Shown: piece by piece, positions 1 through 10,572 of the stretch | Layout: each line of letters starts with the position of its first letter | How positions within the stretch are numbered: the stretch's first letter is position 1 | Virus record (IMG/VR): IMGVR_UViG_3300042970_000025 | Length of the DNA: 64,000 bases | Source: a virus | Taxonomy: Duplodnaviria > Caudoviricetes | Direction: 5' to 3' (one strand) | Translations under genes and position numbers: made by a program | The notes under the pieces: generated by a model | The model's input: only the letters and a program-made list of their open reading frames with translations | Told to the model about the DNA's origin: nothing | Database searches by the model: none

Positions 1-30
1 GAAAGAGGCTTTTACCGTCATCCTCAGGAC

Positions 31-106
31 AAAAATAAAAAAAACGGCAGGCAGTTATCTTTTGCAAAAGGAAAACTTCCTATTGCTTTTGATATCTGTC
101 TGCCGG
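31..106 (-). terminator. Intrinsic terminator in leader of element A
   Basis: Arms cggcaggcagttatc / gatatctgtctgccg, followed on the minus strand by a T-tract (plus-strand aaaaataaaaaaaa). Confidence 0.65.
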
Positions 107-226
107 ATTCTTCACGGTGCTCTGCGCTGTTGCGCTGCCGAGTTCAATACTTCGTGCAAACTTATGCTGCAGATTAGCTCTTCGCGGTTCTCTGCCGGGT
201 TCAGCTCATATACTGCAAGCAATTAT

Positions 227-418
227 TTATTTTTTCAGATGGGCGGGTGATTTGCTGGAATGCCTTAGAATCTCAACCGTTACTTTTCCATCCATGACTT
301 CATAGTTAAGTAGGGCCCCGCATTTCGGGCAGGACGTTTCAGTGTTTGTCCCGTCGCCGGAACGCCCCAGCTTATACCCGCATTCGGGGCAGGTGGTGAA
401 GAGCTTCATTGTGATCAA
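227..418 (-). CDS. Small zinc-ribbon protein (CPECG...CPKCG)
   Basis: Two CxxC motifs; conserved in the second copy; directly downstream of lexA. Confidence 0.85.
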   Translation of the reverse strand: MITMKLFTTCPECGYKLGRSGDGTNTETSCPKCGALLNYEVMDGKVTVEILRHSSKSPAHLKK

Positions 419-431
419 TCCCCCAATCTGT

Positions 432-1037
432 TCAATTTATGTTTTTTAACACATTTACGGCTATGCCCTGGATAATGCAGTGCTCAACATAGATGTCATT
501 CATCTCCTTATTTTCTGGATGAAGGCGGATGAGCTTTTTCTTAGGCTCCGGATAAAAACGTTTTAAGGTTGCATCTTCATCGATCAGAGCAACAACAATC
601 TGTCCAGGCTCTGCTGCGTTTTGCTTTTTGATGAGAACAAGATCGCCGTTATTGATTCCAGCATCAATCATTGAATTGCCTTTTGCGTGAAGCAGAAAGA
701 AATCGCCTTTGCCGAAAAGGGAAACCGGTAAGGGGATATATTTTTCGATATTGCCTTCAGCGTACTTCGGGATGCCGCAGGCAATGCTTCCAAGAAGCGG
801 GACTAACACAGTGGACTCTTTTTCTTCTTTCATTTTCGGTGTTATGATTCCCCGATGTCCTTTATATTCGATCTTGCCTTCTTTGCGAAGGTCCTGCAGG
901 TAGCGGGAGACCGTAGCAGTAGAAACACCTGTTCCTGCTGCGATGATCCGGTTTGTTGGAGAAACTCCATGCTCTTCCCGGTAGTCATCGATGAAGGAAA
1001 GTAAGGTTTTGTAGTACTCCTGGCTCTTTAACTTCAA
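432..1037 (-). CDS. lexA: LexA-family repressor (wHTH + S24 peptidase)
   Basis: LLGSIACGIP cleavage region, GNSM Ser, TLKRF Lys; likely TTG start at 1037 after AAGGAGG (ORF track starts at 1079). Confidence 0.9.
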   Translation of the reverse strand: MKLKSQEYYKTLLSFIDDYREEHGVSPTNRIIAAGTGVSTATVSRYLQDLRKEGKIEYKGHRGIITPKMKEEKESTVLVPLLGSIACGIPKYAEGNIEKYIPLPVSLFGKGDFFLLHAKGNSMIDAGINNGDLVLIKKQNAAEPGQIVVALIDEDATLKRFYPEPKKKLIRLHPENKEMNDIYVEHCIIQGIAVNVLKNIN

Positions 1038-1084
1038 CTCTTGTCCTCCTTTCTTAGCGTAAGAATAAGTACCTTGCATCTACT

Positions 1085-1112
1085 ATTATACGAACAAACG
1101 TTCAGTCGTCAA
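1085..1112 (-). promoter_or_regulatory. SigA promoter TTGACG-N16-TATAAT with SOS (Cheo) box GAAC-aaac-GTTC at 1092-1103 in the spacer
   Basis: Direct motif match upstream of lexA; GAAC-N4-GTTC is the established Bacillota LexA box. Confidence 0.85.
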
Positions 1113-1246
1113 TATGGTAATTTTGCTATTCGGAAAACTGTCACTTTTTCCTTACACTTGAGAAGATGTTGGTAGATGGGCAGAAAAGGGTAGAAGAGGA
1201 TGCTTGAAAATCCGGTCTTTATATAGTCCGCAAAATAGCAGAACAT

Positions 1247-1264
1247 TGTCGTGAAATTGCGACA
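1247..1264. promoter_or_regulatory. Palindrome TGTCG-N8-CGACA, candidate operator of the WYL regulator
   Basis: Inverted repeat about 80 bp upstream of the WYL gene. Confidence 0.35.
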
Positions 1265-1341
1265 GTTTATGTTTGCGGGCTCAGCTTTATGCTGATATAC
1301 TATTATTTATTGAGTATGCATAAGAAACCGGAGGAGCCCAG

Positions 1342-2322
1342 ATGCCAAACGGGAACAGACAGAAAATCAAGCTGCTGAAGCTCATGGAGATGCTTTACCA
1401 ACAGACCGATGAAGAGCATCCGCTTTCGACCAGCCAGTTAATGAAAAGACTGAATGATCTTGGAATTAGCTGTGACCGCAGGACCCTTGGTAACGACATC
1501 GCGACCCTGAACGAGTACGGCTACGAGGTCTTAAGCTGCTACGTGGGCCACGAGAAGGGCTACTACGTCGTCGACCGGACCTTTACCGTCCCGGAGCTGA
1601 AGATCCTGATCGATGCGGTCCAGGCCGCAGGCTTCATCACAGAGAAGAAGACAAAAGAATTCGTGGACAAGATCGCAAGTCTTGGAGGAAGCCACCGAGC
1701 CGAGATTCTGAAAGGCAATATGGTCTGCTTCAACACAACGAAGCATTCCAACGAAGAGATCTACTACAACATCTCCGAACTCGAAAATGCGCTTCTTCAT
1801 AAGAAGAAAGCCTCCTTCTATTACTTCGACCGGGACGAAAAGGGGCAGAAAGTCTACCGGCAGAACAAAGAGCGCTACATCGAAAATCCGATGGCTCTGA
1901 TTTACAACAACGATCGCTATTACCTGATGTGCTATTCCTTCAAACATAACGGGATCTGCAACTATCGGATCGACCGGATGGAGCACGTCAACACAGAAAA
2001 TGAAGACGTCACTCCGGAAGCCATCATGGATGCATCGGGCATCGGAGAATACACCGAGCAGGTCTTCAAGATGTACGGCGGCAAGGCCGAAGACATCGTC
2101 CTGGAGTTTGACGACAAGCTGATCGGCGTGGTGCAGGATAAATTCGGAGAAGGCACCAAAATGATCCGGACAGCCCCGGGCAAATGCACAGCCTCGATCA
2201 AGGTGCAGATCTCACCGACCTTCTGGGGCTGGCTCTTTCAGTTCGTTGGGCAGATGAAGATCCTGTCACCGGAAAGCTTGATGGAAGAGTACCGGCAGCG
2301 GGCGAAGATGGTGATGGAATAG
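1342..2322 (+). CDS. HTH-WYL-WCX transcriptional regulator
   Basis: N-terminal wHTH; PMALIYNNDRYYL...YRIDRM WYL motif; C-terminal FWGWLFQF WCX; GGAGGAG RBS; heads the defence operon. Confidence 0.9.
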   Translation: MPNGNRQKIKLLKLMEMLYQQTDEEHPLSTSQLMKRLNDLGISCDRRTLGNDIATLNEYGYEVLSCYVGHEKGYYVVDRTFTVPELKILIDAVQAAGFITEKKTKEFVDKIASLGGSHRAEILKGNMVCFNTTKHSNEEIYYNISELENALLHKKKASFYYFDRDEKGQKVYRQNKERYIENPMALIYNNDRYYLMCYSFKHNGICNYRIDRMEHVNTENEDVTPEAIMDASGIGEYTEQVFKMYGGKAEDIVLEFDDKLIGVVQDKFGEGTKMIRTAPGKCTASIKVQISPTFWGWLFQFVGQMKILSPESLMEEYRQRAKMVME

Positions 2323-2340
2323 GAAAGGAAATACAAGCGA

Positions 2341-3291
2341 ATGCTTGAGATAGATATCATAGAACAGAATATTGCAGACATCAGCTTGGACCTTCTGAAA
2401 ATTCTCCTCACTGATAAAACGACGAGAAAATATATCCGATGGGGAAGCGATAATTATACCAAGTATGGTTCTGAGTACAGCGCAAATCAAGAGATAAGGC
2501 CGGAACTCATTATCGGGGATCGAAGTACAGTGATTCAGCCCCGCGTTTCTAAGAAAGAAGAGGAGCAGACAAAGCGAACCAGAGATAAAGCGGAAGTCTT
2601 CACACCGTCCTGGGTCTGTAACGAGCAGAATAATTTAGTCGATGAAGCATGGTTTGGAAGACAGGATGTATTTAATACGGCTGGAGACAAGTGTTGGACT
2701 ACACATTTAGAGAAAATAGAGTTTTCCGGAGAGAAAACTTGGATGAGTTACGTCGATGCCAGGCGAATGGAAGTCAGCTGCGGTGAGGCACCGTACTTAG
2801 TCAGCCGTTATGATACGGTTACTGGTGAAATAATTCCGTTACACGATCGCATTGGCATTTTGGACAGGAAGATCAGGATCGTAAATGAAAATGCTTCTAC
2901 CGATGATGAGTGGAAGAAGTGGGCAGAAAGAGCATTTCAGAGCTGCTACGGATATGATTTCCAGGGTGATAATGTATTACTTGCACGGGAGAATTTATTG
3001 TATTCCTACCAGGAATATTATGAAGACAGATTCGGGCAAACACCTGCTGTGCAAGAGTTAAAGAAGATTGCGCAGATAGCTGCCTGGAATATCTGGCAGA
3101 TGAACGGACTTACCTTGACCGCACCGTATAGTCTGGCTCCTCCGGTGCAGAAACAGATGTCTTTGTTTGATGTACTCGGACAGGATGATAATGACGAGAG
3201 TGAAAAAGAAAATAACGAACTGCCATGTAAAATCTTCGACTGGCGTTCGAAAGAGAGTTTAGAGTTTAGATCACTAGTAAATAGAGGGTAG
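2341..3291 (+). CDS. RM-associated methylase-like subunit (SAM-binding half, no NPPY)
   Basis: AEVFTPSWVC (motif X), EVSCGEAPYL (motif I-like), YGYDFQ; coupled to the next gene. Confidence 0.75.
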   Translation: MLEIDIIEQNIADISLDLLKILLTDKTTRKYIRWGSDNYTKYGSEYSANQEIRPELIIGDRSTVIQPRVSKKEEEQTKRTRDKAEVFTPSWVCNEQNNLVDEAWFGRQDVFNTAGDKCWTTHLEKIEFSGEKTWMSYVDARRMEVSCGEAPYLVSRYDTVTGEIIPLHDRIGILDRKIRIVNENASTDDEWKKWAERAFQSCYGYDFQGDNVLLARENLLYSYQEYYEDRFGQTPAVQELKKIAQIAAWNIWQMNGLTLTAPYSLAPPVQKQMSLFDVLGQDDNDESEKENNELPCKIFDWRSKESLEFRSLVNRG

Positions 3292-3292
3292 A

Positions 3293-6200
3293 TTGATGGA
3301 TACAAGATTTAAAGAAGCCTTCGACTACAAAGTAATTTACGTATTTACAATCCTGGATGAGGCACATAAGGGATTGCTTAAAATCGGCGATGCAACAGTA
3401 GAAACGGAAAGTCCTATCGACAAACTTCCGCCAAACTGTCATGAATTGAATCAGGCAGCCCTGAAAAGAATCCGTTCCTATACAAACACGGCTGGATTGA
3501 ATCCGAAACTCCTTCATACAGAACTTGCAGTCCGCCAGAAGAAAAATAAAGATGGAAGCGTTGTAAATGAAGCCTTTCGCGATCATCAGGTTCATGACGT
3601 ATTAAAAAATTCGGGAATCAGAAATGTCAAATTCGACGGATCAACAGGCCAGGAATGGTATAAGATTGATCTCGAAACAGCGAAAAAAGCGATTGAGGCG
3701 GTTAAGAATTACTATGCAAATTTAAGCAATAGCTCTTCATCAGCATCAACACATACTCCGATTGTTTTCCGCCCGGAACAGGAGGACTGCATCAAAAAGG
3801 CCGTAAAGCATTTTAAAAAGGCAGATCGTTTCCTTGTCAATGCTAAAATGCGTTATGGCAAGACACTGGTCTCTCTTGAGATCGTTAAAGAATGCAAATT
3901 CAATAAAACTATTATCATGACCCATCGACCGGTAGTAAATGCCGGCTGGTATGAAGACTTCACGAAAATTTTCTACGATGAGAATGACATTATTTACGGA
4001 TCTAAGGATAATGGCTATACAGTAGAAAAACTGCTTAATACAGGAAAACGCTTTATCTATTTTGCGTCGATTCAGGATCTTCGAGGATCATCGGAAGTTG
4101 GTGGAAAGTTCAACAAAAACGATGCCGTTTTCAGTACGCACTGGGACTGCGTGATTGTTGATGAGGCGCATGAAGGCACGACAACAGCACTTGGAGAAGA
4201 AACCGTCAAGGCAGTCGTAAAAGAAGGCTCCGGGACGAAATTCCTTGCGCTGTCCGGTACGCCGTTTAATATTCTGACTGATTATGATGAGAACTCCATT
4301 TATACCTGGGACTACATCATGGAGCAGGAATGCAAGTATGGATGGGACGACAAACATTTCGGTGATCACAATCCGTATGACGACCTGCCTGAGCTGCGTA
4401 TTTACACGTATTCTCTAGGGGATATTCTCCACAACAGCAACTATATCACATACGAGGATAAGGCCTTCAATTTCAGAGAGTTTTTCCGCACATTTACAGG
4501 TGACTATAAAGCGGACTACGCGGATATGCCAGAGGGCGCTGAAGTAGGCGATTTTGTACATGAAGCTGACGTTTGGTCGTTCCTTAATCTGATGACAAAA
4601 GAAGACGAGCAGAGTGGATACCCGTATTCGAATGAAGAGTACAGAAACATCTTTAAGCATTCTTTGTGGATGGTTCCAGGCGTTAGAGAGGCTCGTGCGT
4701 TGAAGAAACTGATGCTGAAGCATCCTGTTTTCGGAAGCGGTCAGTTTGATATCGTTAATGTTGCCGGAAATGGAGATCAGGACGAAGAATCAGAAGATGC
4801 GCTCAAAAAGGTGAAAAATGCTATCCGTTCTGCCAAGAAGTCCGGAACTTATACCATCACGTTGTCTTGCGGAAAGTTAACGACTGGTGTTACCGTCAAG
4901 GACTGGACGGCGGTATTCATGCTTGCTGGATCCTATTCGACTTCGGCTGCGAATTATCTGCAGACGATTTTTCGCGTGCAGTCTCCTTGCAGCGACAATG
5001 GTAAGGTGAAGGATAGGGCATATGTGTTTGATTTTGCGCCAGATAGAACGCTGAAGATGATTTCAAGCGCTGTACAGGTATCTTCTAAGGCCGGGAAGAC
5101 AAAAGAAAGCGACAGGAGAATAATGGGTAAGTTCCTGAACTATTGTCCTGTTATCTCCGTCTCTGGATCACAGATGCATGAATACAGCACCAACAGACTT
5201 CTTCAGCAGCTGAAGCGTGCATATGCTGACAAAGTAGTTAGAAATGGCTTTGACGATTCAAAATTATATAACGATGAGCTTTTCAAATTAGATAAAGTTG
5301 ATATTGAAAAGTTTGATAAATTAAAGGGAATCATCGGGACCTCAAAGGCAGCACCAAAAGCCAACGATATTACTGTTAATGACCAGGGATTAACAGATGA
5401 AGAGTATGAAGAACAAGAGAAATTAAAGAAGAAAAAGAAAAAGGACTTAACACCTGAAGAAAAGGCACGTCTTGAGGAACTGAACAAAAAGAAGAAAGTA
5501 CGCAGTGATGCGATCAGTATTTTGCGTGGTATCTCTATTAGAATGCCGCTTCTCATTTATGGTGCAGATATTCCATATGACGAAGAGGTAACACTTGATA
5601 AATTAGTTGATATCGTAGATGATTCATCTTGGGAAGAATTTATGCCAAATGGTATTACCAAGCGTGTGTTTAAAGACTTCCAGAAATATTACGATGAAGA
5701 GGTGTTCATTGCTGCGGGAAGAAGAATCAGAAATATTTCCAGAGAAGCAGATACCTTGGAGCCGACCGAGAGAGTAAAGAAGATCGCCGGCCTCTTCAGC
5801 TACTTTAAGAATCCGGATAAGGAAACCGTACTTACGCCATGGCGTGTTGTAAACATGCACATGTCTGACTGTCTCGGCGGCTGGTGTTTTTACGATGAGA
5901 GCTTTGAAGAAGATAAAAAGCTGGATGAGCCACGTTTCGTAGATCGAGGTCAGGTCACAGCTGATGTATTTGGCAAGCTGGATACGCGGATCCTGGAGAT
6001 AAATTCTAAGACTGGACTATATCCGCTATATGTCACTTACAGTGCATATCGCAGACGGCTAAGGGAACTCGGGAACAAAGAGCTGAATGTTCAAGAATTG
6101 CAGAAGATATGGCTGGACACTGTAAGGGAGAATATATTTGTTATCTGTAAGACGCCGATGGCGAAAGCTATCACAAAGAGAACGTTGGTAGGGTACGCTG

Positions 6201-7279
6201 ATGCTGTAATCAATGCGCATTACTTTGATGACTTGATTAATACGATGAAAAATAAGCCACAGCAGTTTGTTAAGCGCGTGTTAAAAGAAAGCTATTGGAA
6301 AAAAGGTATTGATGAGATGAATTTTGATGCTATTGTAGGAAATCCGCCATATCAGAATATGGATGGCGGAAATAAATCGAGTGCTTCGCCAATTTATCAT
6401 TATTTTATTGAGCAGGCAAAGTCAATAAATCCACATTATCTTTCTATGATTGTTCCAGCAAAATGGTATTCGGGTGGCAAGGGACTGGATGCATTTAGAA
6501 AAGAAATGTTAAGCGACAGACGAATCGTAAAAATCTTTGATTTTAGCAATAGCTTGGATGTCTTCAACAATGTAGATATTGCAGGTGGAATATGCTATTT
6601 TTTGTGGGATAATGCTTATAATGGAAAATGTTTGTTTACAAACCATAGCGCAATTGGAACTACAAGCATTCAAAAATATTTGGATGAATATGATGTGCTG
6701 ATCAGATACCCTCTGGCGGATTCAATTATCAGGAAAATATTAAATAAAAATGAGAGCAAACTTTCTGAAGTTGTATCTAGCAGAAAACCATTTGGACTTG
6801 CTACCAATGTCAAACCGCAACAAGAAGGGGATCTTACGCTGAGATATACAGGTGGAACTGGACCTTATAGGAGAGCAGATGTAAAGGTGGGAATCGACAT
6901 AATCGATAAATGGAAGGTAATGATTTCCTATTTAAGTGCGGAACACGCTGGCCAGCCTGATAAAAATGGTCAATTTAAGGTATTATCTACGACAGAACTA
7001 TTACCACCAAAATATATTTGTACGGAAACGTACTTGATAGCTGGGTACTTTGATACGGAAAATGAAGCTGTCAATTACTATGATTATTTAAAAACGAAAT
7101 TTGTTAGATTCCTTATAGGACAAGTTGCGGTATCTCAGCATATAACAAAGAATTCGTTTATGTTTGTTCCGAGCCAGGATTTTAGCAAGGAATGGAATGA
7201 TGAACAATTATTTGAAAAGTATGGGTTGAGTAACAATGAAATCCATTTCATTGATTCAATGATAAAGCCTATGGATTAA
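3293..7279 (+). CDS. Restriction-modification enzyme: nuclease-like N-terminus + SF2 helicase + Eco57I-type N6-adenine MTase + TRD
   Basis: AKMRYGKT Walker A, DEAH, LSGTP, QTIFRVQ, VLTPWRVV, IVGNPPY; AT-rich C-terminal TRD. Confidence 0.88.
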   Translation: MMDTRFKEAFDYKVIYVFTILDEAHKGLLKIGDATVETESPIDKLPPNCHELNQAALKRIRSYTNTAGLNPKLLHTELAVRQKKNKDGSVVNEAFRDHQVHDVLKNSGIRNVKFDGSTGQEWYKIDLETAKKAIEAVKNYYANLSNSSSSASTHTPIVFRPEQEDCIKKAVKHFKKADRFLVNAKMRYGKTLVSLEIVKECKFNKTIIMTHRPVVNAGWYEDFTKIFYDENDIIYGSKDNGYTVEKLLNTGKRFIYFASIQDLRGSSEVGGKFNKNDAVFSTHWDCVIVDEAHEGTTTALGEETVKAVVKEGSGTKFLALSGTPFNILTDYDENSIYTWDYIMEQECKYGWDDKHFGDHNPYDDLPELRIYTYSLGDILHNSNYITYEDKAFNFREFFRTFTGDYKADYADMPEGAEVGDFVHEADVWSFLNLMTKEDEQSGYPYSNEEYRNIFKHSLWMVPGVREARALKKLMLKHPVFGSGQFDIVNVAGNGDQDEESEDALKKVKNAIRSAKKSGTYTITLSCGKLTTGVTVKDWTAVFMLAGSYSTSAANYLQTIFRVQSPCSDNGKVKDRAYVFDFAPDRTLKMISSAVQVSSKAGKTKESDRRIMGKFLNYCPVISVSGSQMHEYSTNRLLQQLKRAYADKVVRNGFDDSKLYNDELFKLDKVDIEKFDKLKGIIGTSKAAPKANDITVNDQGLTDEEYEEQEKLKKKKKKDLTPEEKARLEELNKKKKVRSDAISILRGISIRMPLLIYGADIPYDEEVTLDKLVDIVDDSSWEEFMPNGITKRVFKDFQKYYDEEVFIAAGRRIRNISREADTLEPTERVKKIAGLFSYFKNPDKETVLTPWRVVNMHMSDCLGGWCFYDESFEEDKKLDEPRFVDRGQVTADVFGKLDTRILEINSKTGLYPLYVTYSAYRRRLRELGNKELNVQELQKIWLDTVRENIFVICKTPMAKAITKRTLVGYADAVINAHYFDDLINTMKNKPQQFVKRVLKESYWKKGIDEMNFDAIVGNPPYQNMDGGNKSSASPIYHYFIEQAKSINPHYLSMIVPAKWYSGGKGLDAFRKEMLSDRRIVKIFDFSNSLDVFNNVDIAGGICYFLWDNAYNGKCLFTNHSAIGTTSIQKYLDEYDVLIRYPLADSIIRKILNKNESKLSEVVSSRKPFGLATNVKPQQEGDLTLRYTGGTGPYRRADVKVGIDIIDKWKVMISYLSAEHAGQPDKNGQFKVLSTTELLPPKYICTETYLIAGYFDTENEAVNYYDYLKTKFVRFLIGQVAVSQHITKNSFMFVPSQDFSKEWNDEQLFEKYGLSNNEIHFIDSMIKPMD

Positions 7280-7443
7280 GGTGGAGAATGATTACTATGA
7301 AAGCAGACATTATCACTATAACTAATTTATTGTGGTGGTCGAGTCCTTTGATTTACTGGGGATGAAGGACATTCAACGTGATAATGAAATTTGCTTAGTT
7401 GCTTTTTAAAAATAATTTGAGAAAGAGAGTTAGGCAGGATCAA

Positions 7444-10400
7444 ATGAAAGGTTCAGAAGCGAAGTTATTAAACTTTATGGAAGGTGCAAATTACAGATAC
7501 GTCATTCCAGTTTATCAGAGAAAGTATGATTGGAAAAGAGACAACTGCGAACAGCTCTATGACGATTTAAAGAGCGTCATTCGGGATCATAGAGACAGCC
7601 ATTTTTTCGGAAGTATTGTTTCACAGGTGATACCAGAAGGTGCCAATATTCATTATCAGATTATTGATGGTCAGCAGCGTTTGACAACGGTTACGTTGCT
7701 CCTTCTGGCAATGAGTAATCTTATCCGAGACAAGAAAATCAAGTCTGAGGAGCATAAACTTGATGAACAGATCATGCAGCGTTTTCTTATTGCCCCTTGG
7801 GCAGCGGAAGAGGACAAAATAAAACTTCGGCCCGTAAGAGAAGATCGGGAAGCATTAAAAAAGTTATTCGGACAAGAGGAGGATTTTGATCGAAGTTCCA
7901 ACCTCACCATAAATTACTATTATTTCTGTGAACAGCTTCTTCGGGAAGAAGTCAGTGTGGACGATTTATATGCGGCAATCGGAAAGCTTGAAATCATCAG
8001 TATTCTGCTTGAGCATGGTGATAATCCACAGCTTATTTTTGAAAGTCTGAACTCGACCGGCCTGGCTCTCACCGAAGGAGATAAAATAAGAAACTATATT
8101 CTGATGGGATTAACACCAAAGGAACAGACTCAATATTATGATAAGTACTGGACTAAAATTGAGAAGTGCACGCAGAATAACGTCAGTGGATTTGTTCGAG
8201 ATTATCTGAGTATAAAGCAGCAGGTTACGCCAACCATAAGTAATGTTTATCATGCGTTTAAGAAATATGCTGAAGAGGCGAATTTGCAGGTTGAAGATCT
8301 CCTCGCAAGCCTTTTGGAATATGCTCGTTATTATGAAAAGCTACTTACTGGTAACAGTGGGTTAAATAACCAGGAACTGGATGACTGCCTGTATCGCTTA
8401 AACCGATTAGAAGTGGGTGTAACTCGTCCATTCTTTATGGAAGTCCTGAGGCTTAACCATGAGGGGAAGTTGTCCGTGGATGATGTGCTGCAGGTTTTCC
8501 TTATCACGGAGAACTACTTATTCCGTAGAAATATCTGTGATGTTCCGACGAATGCCTTAAATAAGGTGTTCTTGAACTTGAACAGAGATATCCTTCGCTA
8601 CGATAACACGGTTAATGATTACGTCGATAAATTTGTGTACGCGTTACTTACGAAAAAAGAAAGCGGCAGATTCCCGCGTGATGATGAGTTTTCGATGGCA
8701 CTTTCTGAGAAGCAGGTATATCAGATGCGTGGAAAATATAAAGTTTACCTGTTCGAGCGTTTTGAAAACTACGGTACGATTGAAACCAAGGATGTTTATA
8801 AACATTTAGATCAGAACGATTATTCAATTGAGCATATTATGCCGCAGCATCTCACTCCAGCATGGATTGAAAGTCTTGGCCCAGATTATGAGACAATACA
8901 CGAAACATGGCTTCACCGACTGGCAAATCTTACTTTGACTGGATATAATCCGAGCCTCAGCAATAATACTTTTATTGAAAAGAGAGATGCCAAAGTTGGC
9001 GGATATAAAAACAGTGGACTGCGCATGACCCAGAAAATTGCGGCTAAGGATTCTTGGGGGCTTCCTGAATTAGAAGAACGAAATAAGAGAATGGTGAATT
9101 ATGCTACGAAAGAAATCTGGAAATGCCCAGCAACTGCATTCCGGCCAGCAATAAAAGAATTTGATTCTTGTACATTGGAAGATGAGAATTATGACTTAAC
9201 TGGAAGGGATATTATTAAATACAGTTATCAGAACATGGAGCAGCCGGTAGCCAGCTGGGCAGATATGCTTGAGCATGTACTGAAGTTTCTGCATCAGAAG
9301 GACAAATCTGTTCTTGTGAGCATAGCCTATAACCAGAATTCGGCGTCGGATCTCGCAGCTTATGTCAGCACTGATCCAAAGAAATTACGCAGTGCAATAA
9401 AGGTAGATGAAGAACTCTATTTTGAAAAGGGAACCAGTACTTCGCTCAAAATTTCTATCCTCCGCAGATTATTTGCACTCTACAATGCTGACCCAATGGA
9501 TTTGGTGTTCTATCTGCGTGATGTTCAGCAAGAGAAGGTATCGGATGAGTCGAGGTATGAATTAAGAAAGAGGTATTGGGCTTACGCGTTGCCGGAGATC
9601 CAAAAAAAGAATGCTCATCGGGGAACATTTACAAATTGCGCATTAACCTCTTCAAACACGGTTTCTGGATATTTTGGACTTTCGGGATTTAGTATTCACT
9701 GTGTTGCGAATTATGATAAAGCACGCATTGATATGTATCTGGGAAATGGAAGCAAGGAAAAGAATAAAAAGGCATTTGACTTATTACAGAACCATAAGTC
9801 GGAAATCGAGAGTAACTTAGGAACGGCTCTCAACTGGGAACGTTCTAATGATACTAAAGGATCTTGGATTTCATATTCTTTGAAAGATGTCAGCATTACG
9901 AACGAAGCTGACTGGACCAGGATGGCGAAGTTTCAGGCAGAGTGGAGCGATAAGTTTGGCAATGCGATGATTCCTATCCTTGAGGAGAACTTCAGCGACG
10001 AGACTGAGGATGAAAGAAATAAAAGGAAACGCATAGCTGTAGTCACAGGGTATATTCATGAATGGGGCTTGAAGAAGACCGAGTCTGGAGAAATCGACTT
10101 TGATCTTGCCAAGAGCAATCAGGCCTATTCTCGTTTCAGGACAAAAGAAATGTCTGCTCTGCTTCCGGATGTGGAAGGTGCGCTAAGCGACTGGAATGTG
10201 CTGAATCATTACTTTTATGAAATCCGCAATACGACAGGGGAAAGCCTGTATATTCAGTTAGCCTTTAATTCAAAGAATCTTCCTGAGGATCAGAGGGAAA
10301 TCTGCGAACGCATTTGTGATATAGAATCCACGAAATATAAGAAGAATTGGGATTGGCTGCTCCCGTTACGTACCGGCACTGAGACCTTTGGTATTGACGC

Positions 10401-10497
10401 AGAGGAGGAAGCTGTATTTGAATCACTGGATAAACTGCAGGAAGAGATTCTTGAGAAGCAGAATGATCTGCTAAAGCGATTGGAAGAAAGCAGATAA
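7444..10497 (+). CDS. GmrSD-like type IV restriction protein (DUF262 + DUF1524/HNH) with C-terminal extension (DUF4268-like)
   Basis: IPVYQRKYDW, IIDGQQRLTT, IFESLNSTG, SIEHIMPQ, LANLTL...N; ATG at 7444 preferred over the TTG at 7399. Confidence 0.88.
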   Translation: MKGSEAKLLNFMEGANYRYVIPVYQRKYDWKRDNCEQLYDDLKSVIRDHRDSHFFGSIVSQVIPEGANIHYQIIDGQQRLTTVTLLLLAMSNLIRDKKIKSEEHKLDEQIMQRFLIAPWAAEEDKIKLRPVREDREALKKLFGQEEDFDRSSNLTINYYYFCEQLLREEVSVDDLYAAIGKLEIISILLEHGDNPQLIFESLNSTGLALTEGDKIRNYILMGLTPKEQTQYYDKYWTKIEKCTQNNVSGFVRDYLSIKQQVTPTISNVYHAFKKYAEEANLQVEDLLASLLEYARYYEKLLTGNSGLNNQELDDCLYRLNRLEVGVTRPFFMEVLRLNHEGKLSVDDVLQVFLITENYLFRRNICDVPTNALNKVFLNLNRDILRYDNTVNDYVDKFVYALLTKKESGRFPRDDEFSMALSEKQVYQMRGKYKVYLFERFENYGTIETKDVYKHLDQNDYSIEHIMPQHLTPAWIESLGPDYETIHETWLHRLANLTLTGYNPSLSNNTFIEKRDAKVGGYKNSGLRMTQKIAAKDSWGLPELEERNKRMVNYATKEIWKCPATAFRPAIKEFDSCTLEDENYDLTGRDIIKYSYQNMEQPVASWADMLEHVLKFLHQKDKSVLVSIAYNQNSASDLAAYVSTDPKKLRSAIKVDEELYFEKGTSTSLKISILRRLFALYNADPMDLVFYLRDVQQEKVSDESRYELRKRYWAYALPEIQKKNAHRGTFTNCALTSSNTVSGYFGLSGFSIHCVANYDKARIDMYLGNGSKEKNKKAFDLLQNHKSEIESNLGTALNWERSNDTKGSWISYSLKDVSITNEADWTRMAKFQAEWSDKFGNAMIPILEENFSDETEDERNKRKRIAVVTGYIHEWGLKKTESGEIDFDLAKSNQAYSRFRTKEMSALLPDVEGALSDWNVLNHYFYEIRNTTGESLYIQLAFNSKNLPEDQREICERICDIESTKYKKNWDWLLPLRTGTETFGIDAEEEAVFESLDKLQEEILEKQNDLLKRLEESR

Positions 10498-10572
10498 AGA
10501 ATCGTTCAGGGACGATAATTAAAATTGGGATAAATATTTTCATGAAAACCGAGAGGAACGAAGTATCAGAAG

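Larger units (their letters stand above)
1..466. repeat. Diverged direct repeat, copy 1 (leader + Zn-ribbon gene + lexA 3' end); copy 2 at 63113-63579
   Basis: Both copies start gaaagagRcttttaccgtcatcctcaggac; the two 63-aa ORFs differ at 2 residues; similarity continues into the lexA C-terminal codons. Confidence 0.95.

Noticed and set aside
62-305. Plus-strand ORFs over the leader (62-250, 117-305, 63099-63419)
   Set aside because: Frames are not preserved between the two repeat copies, while the RNA-like motifs are
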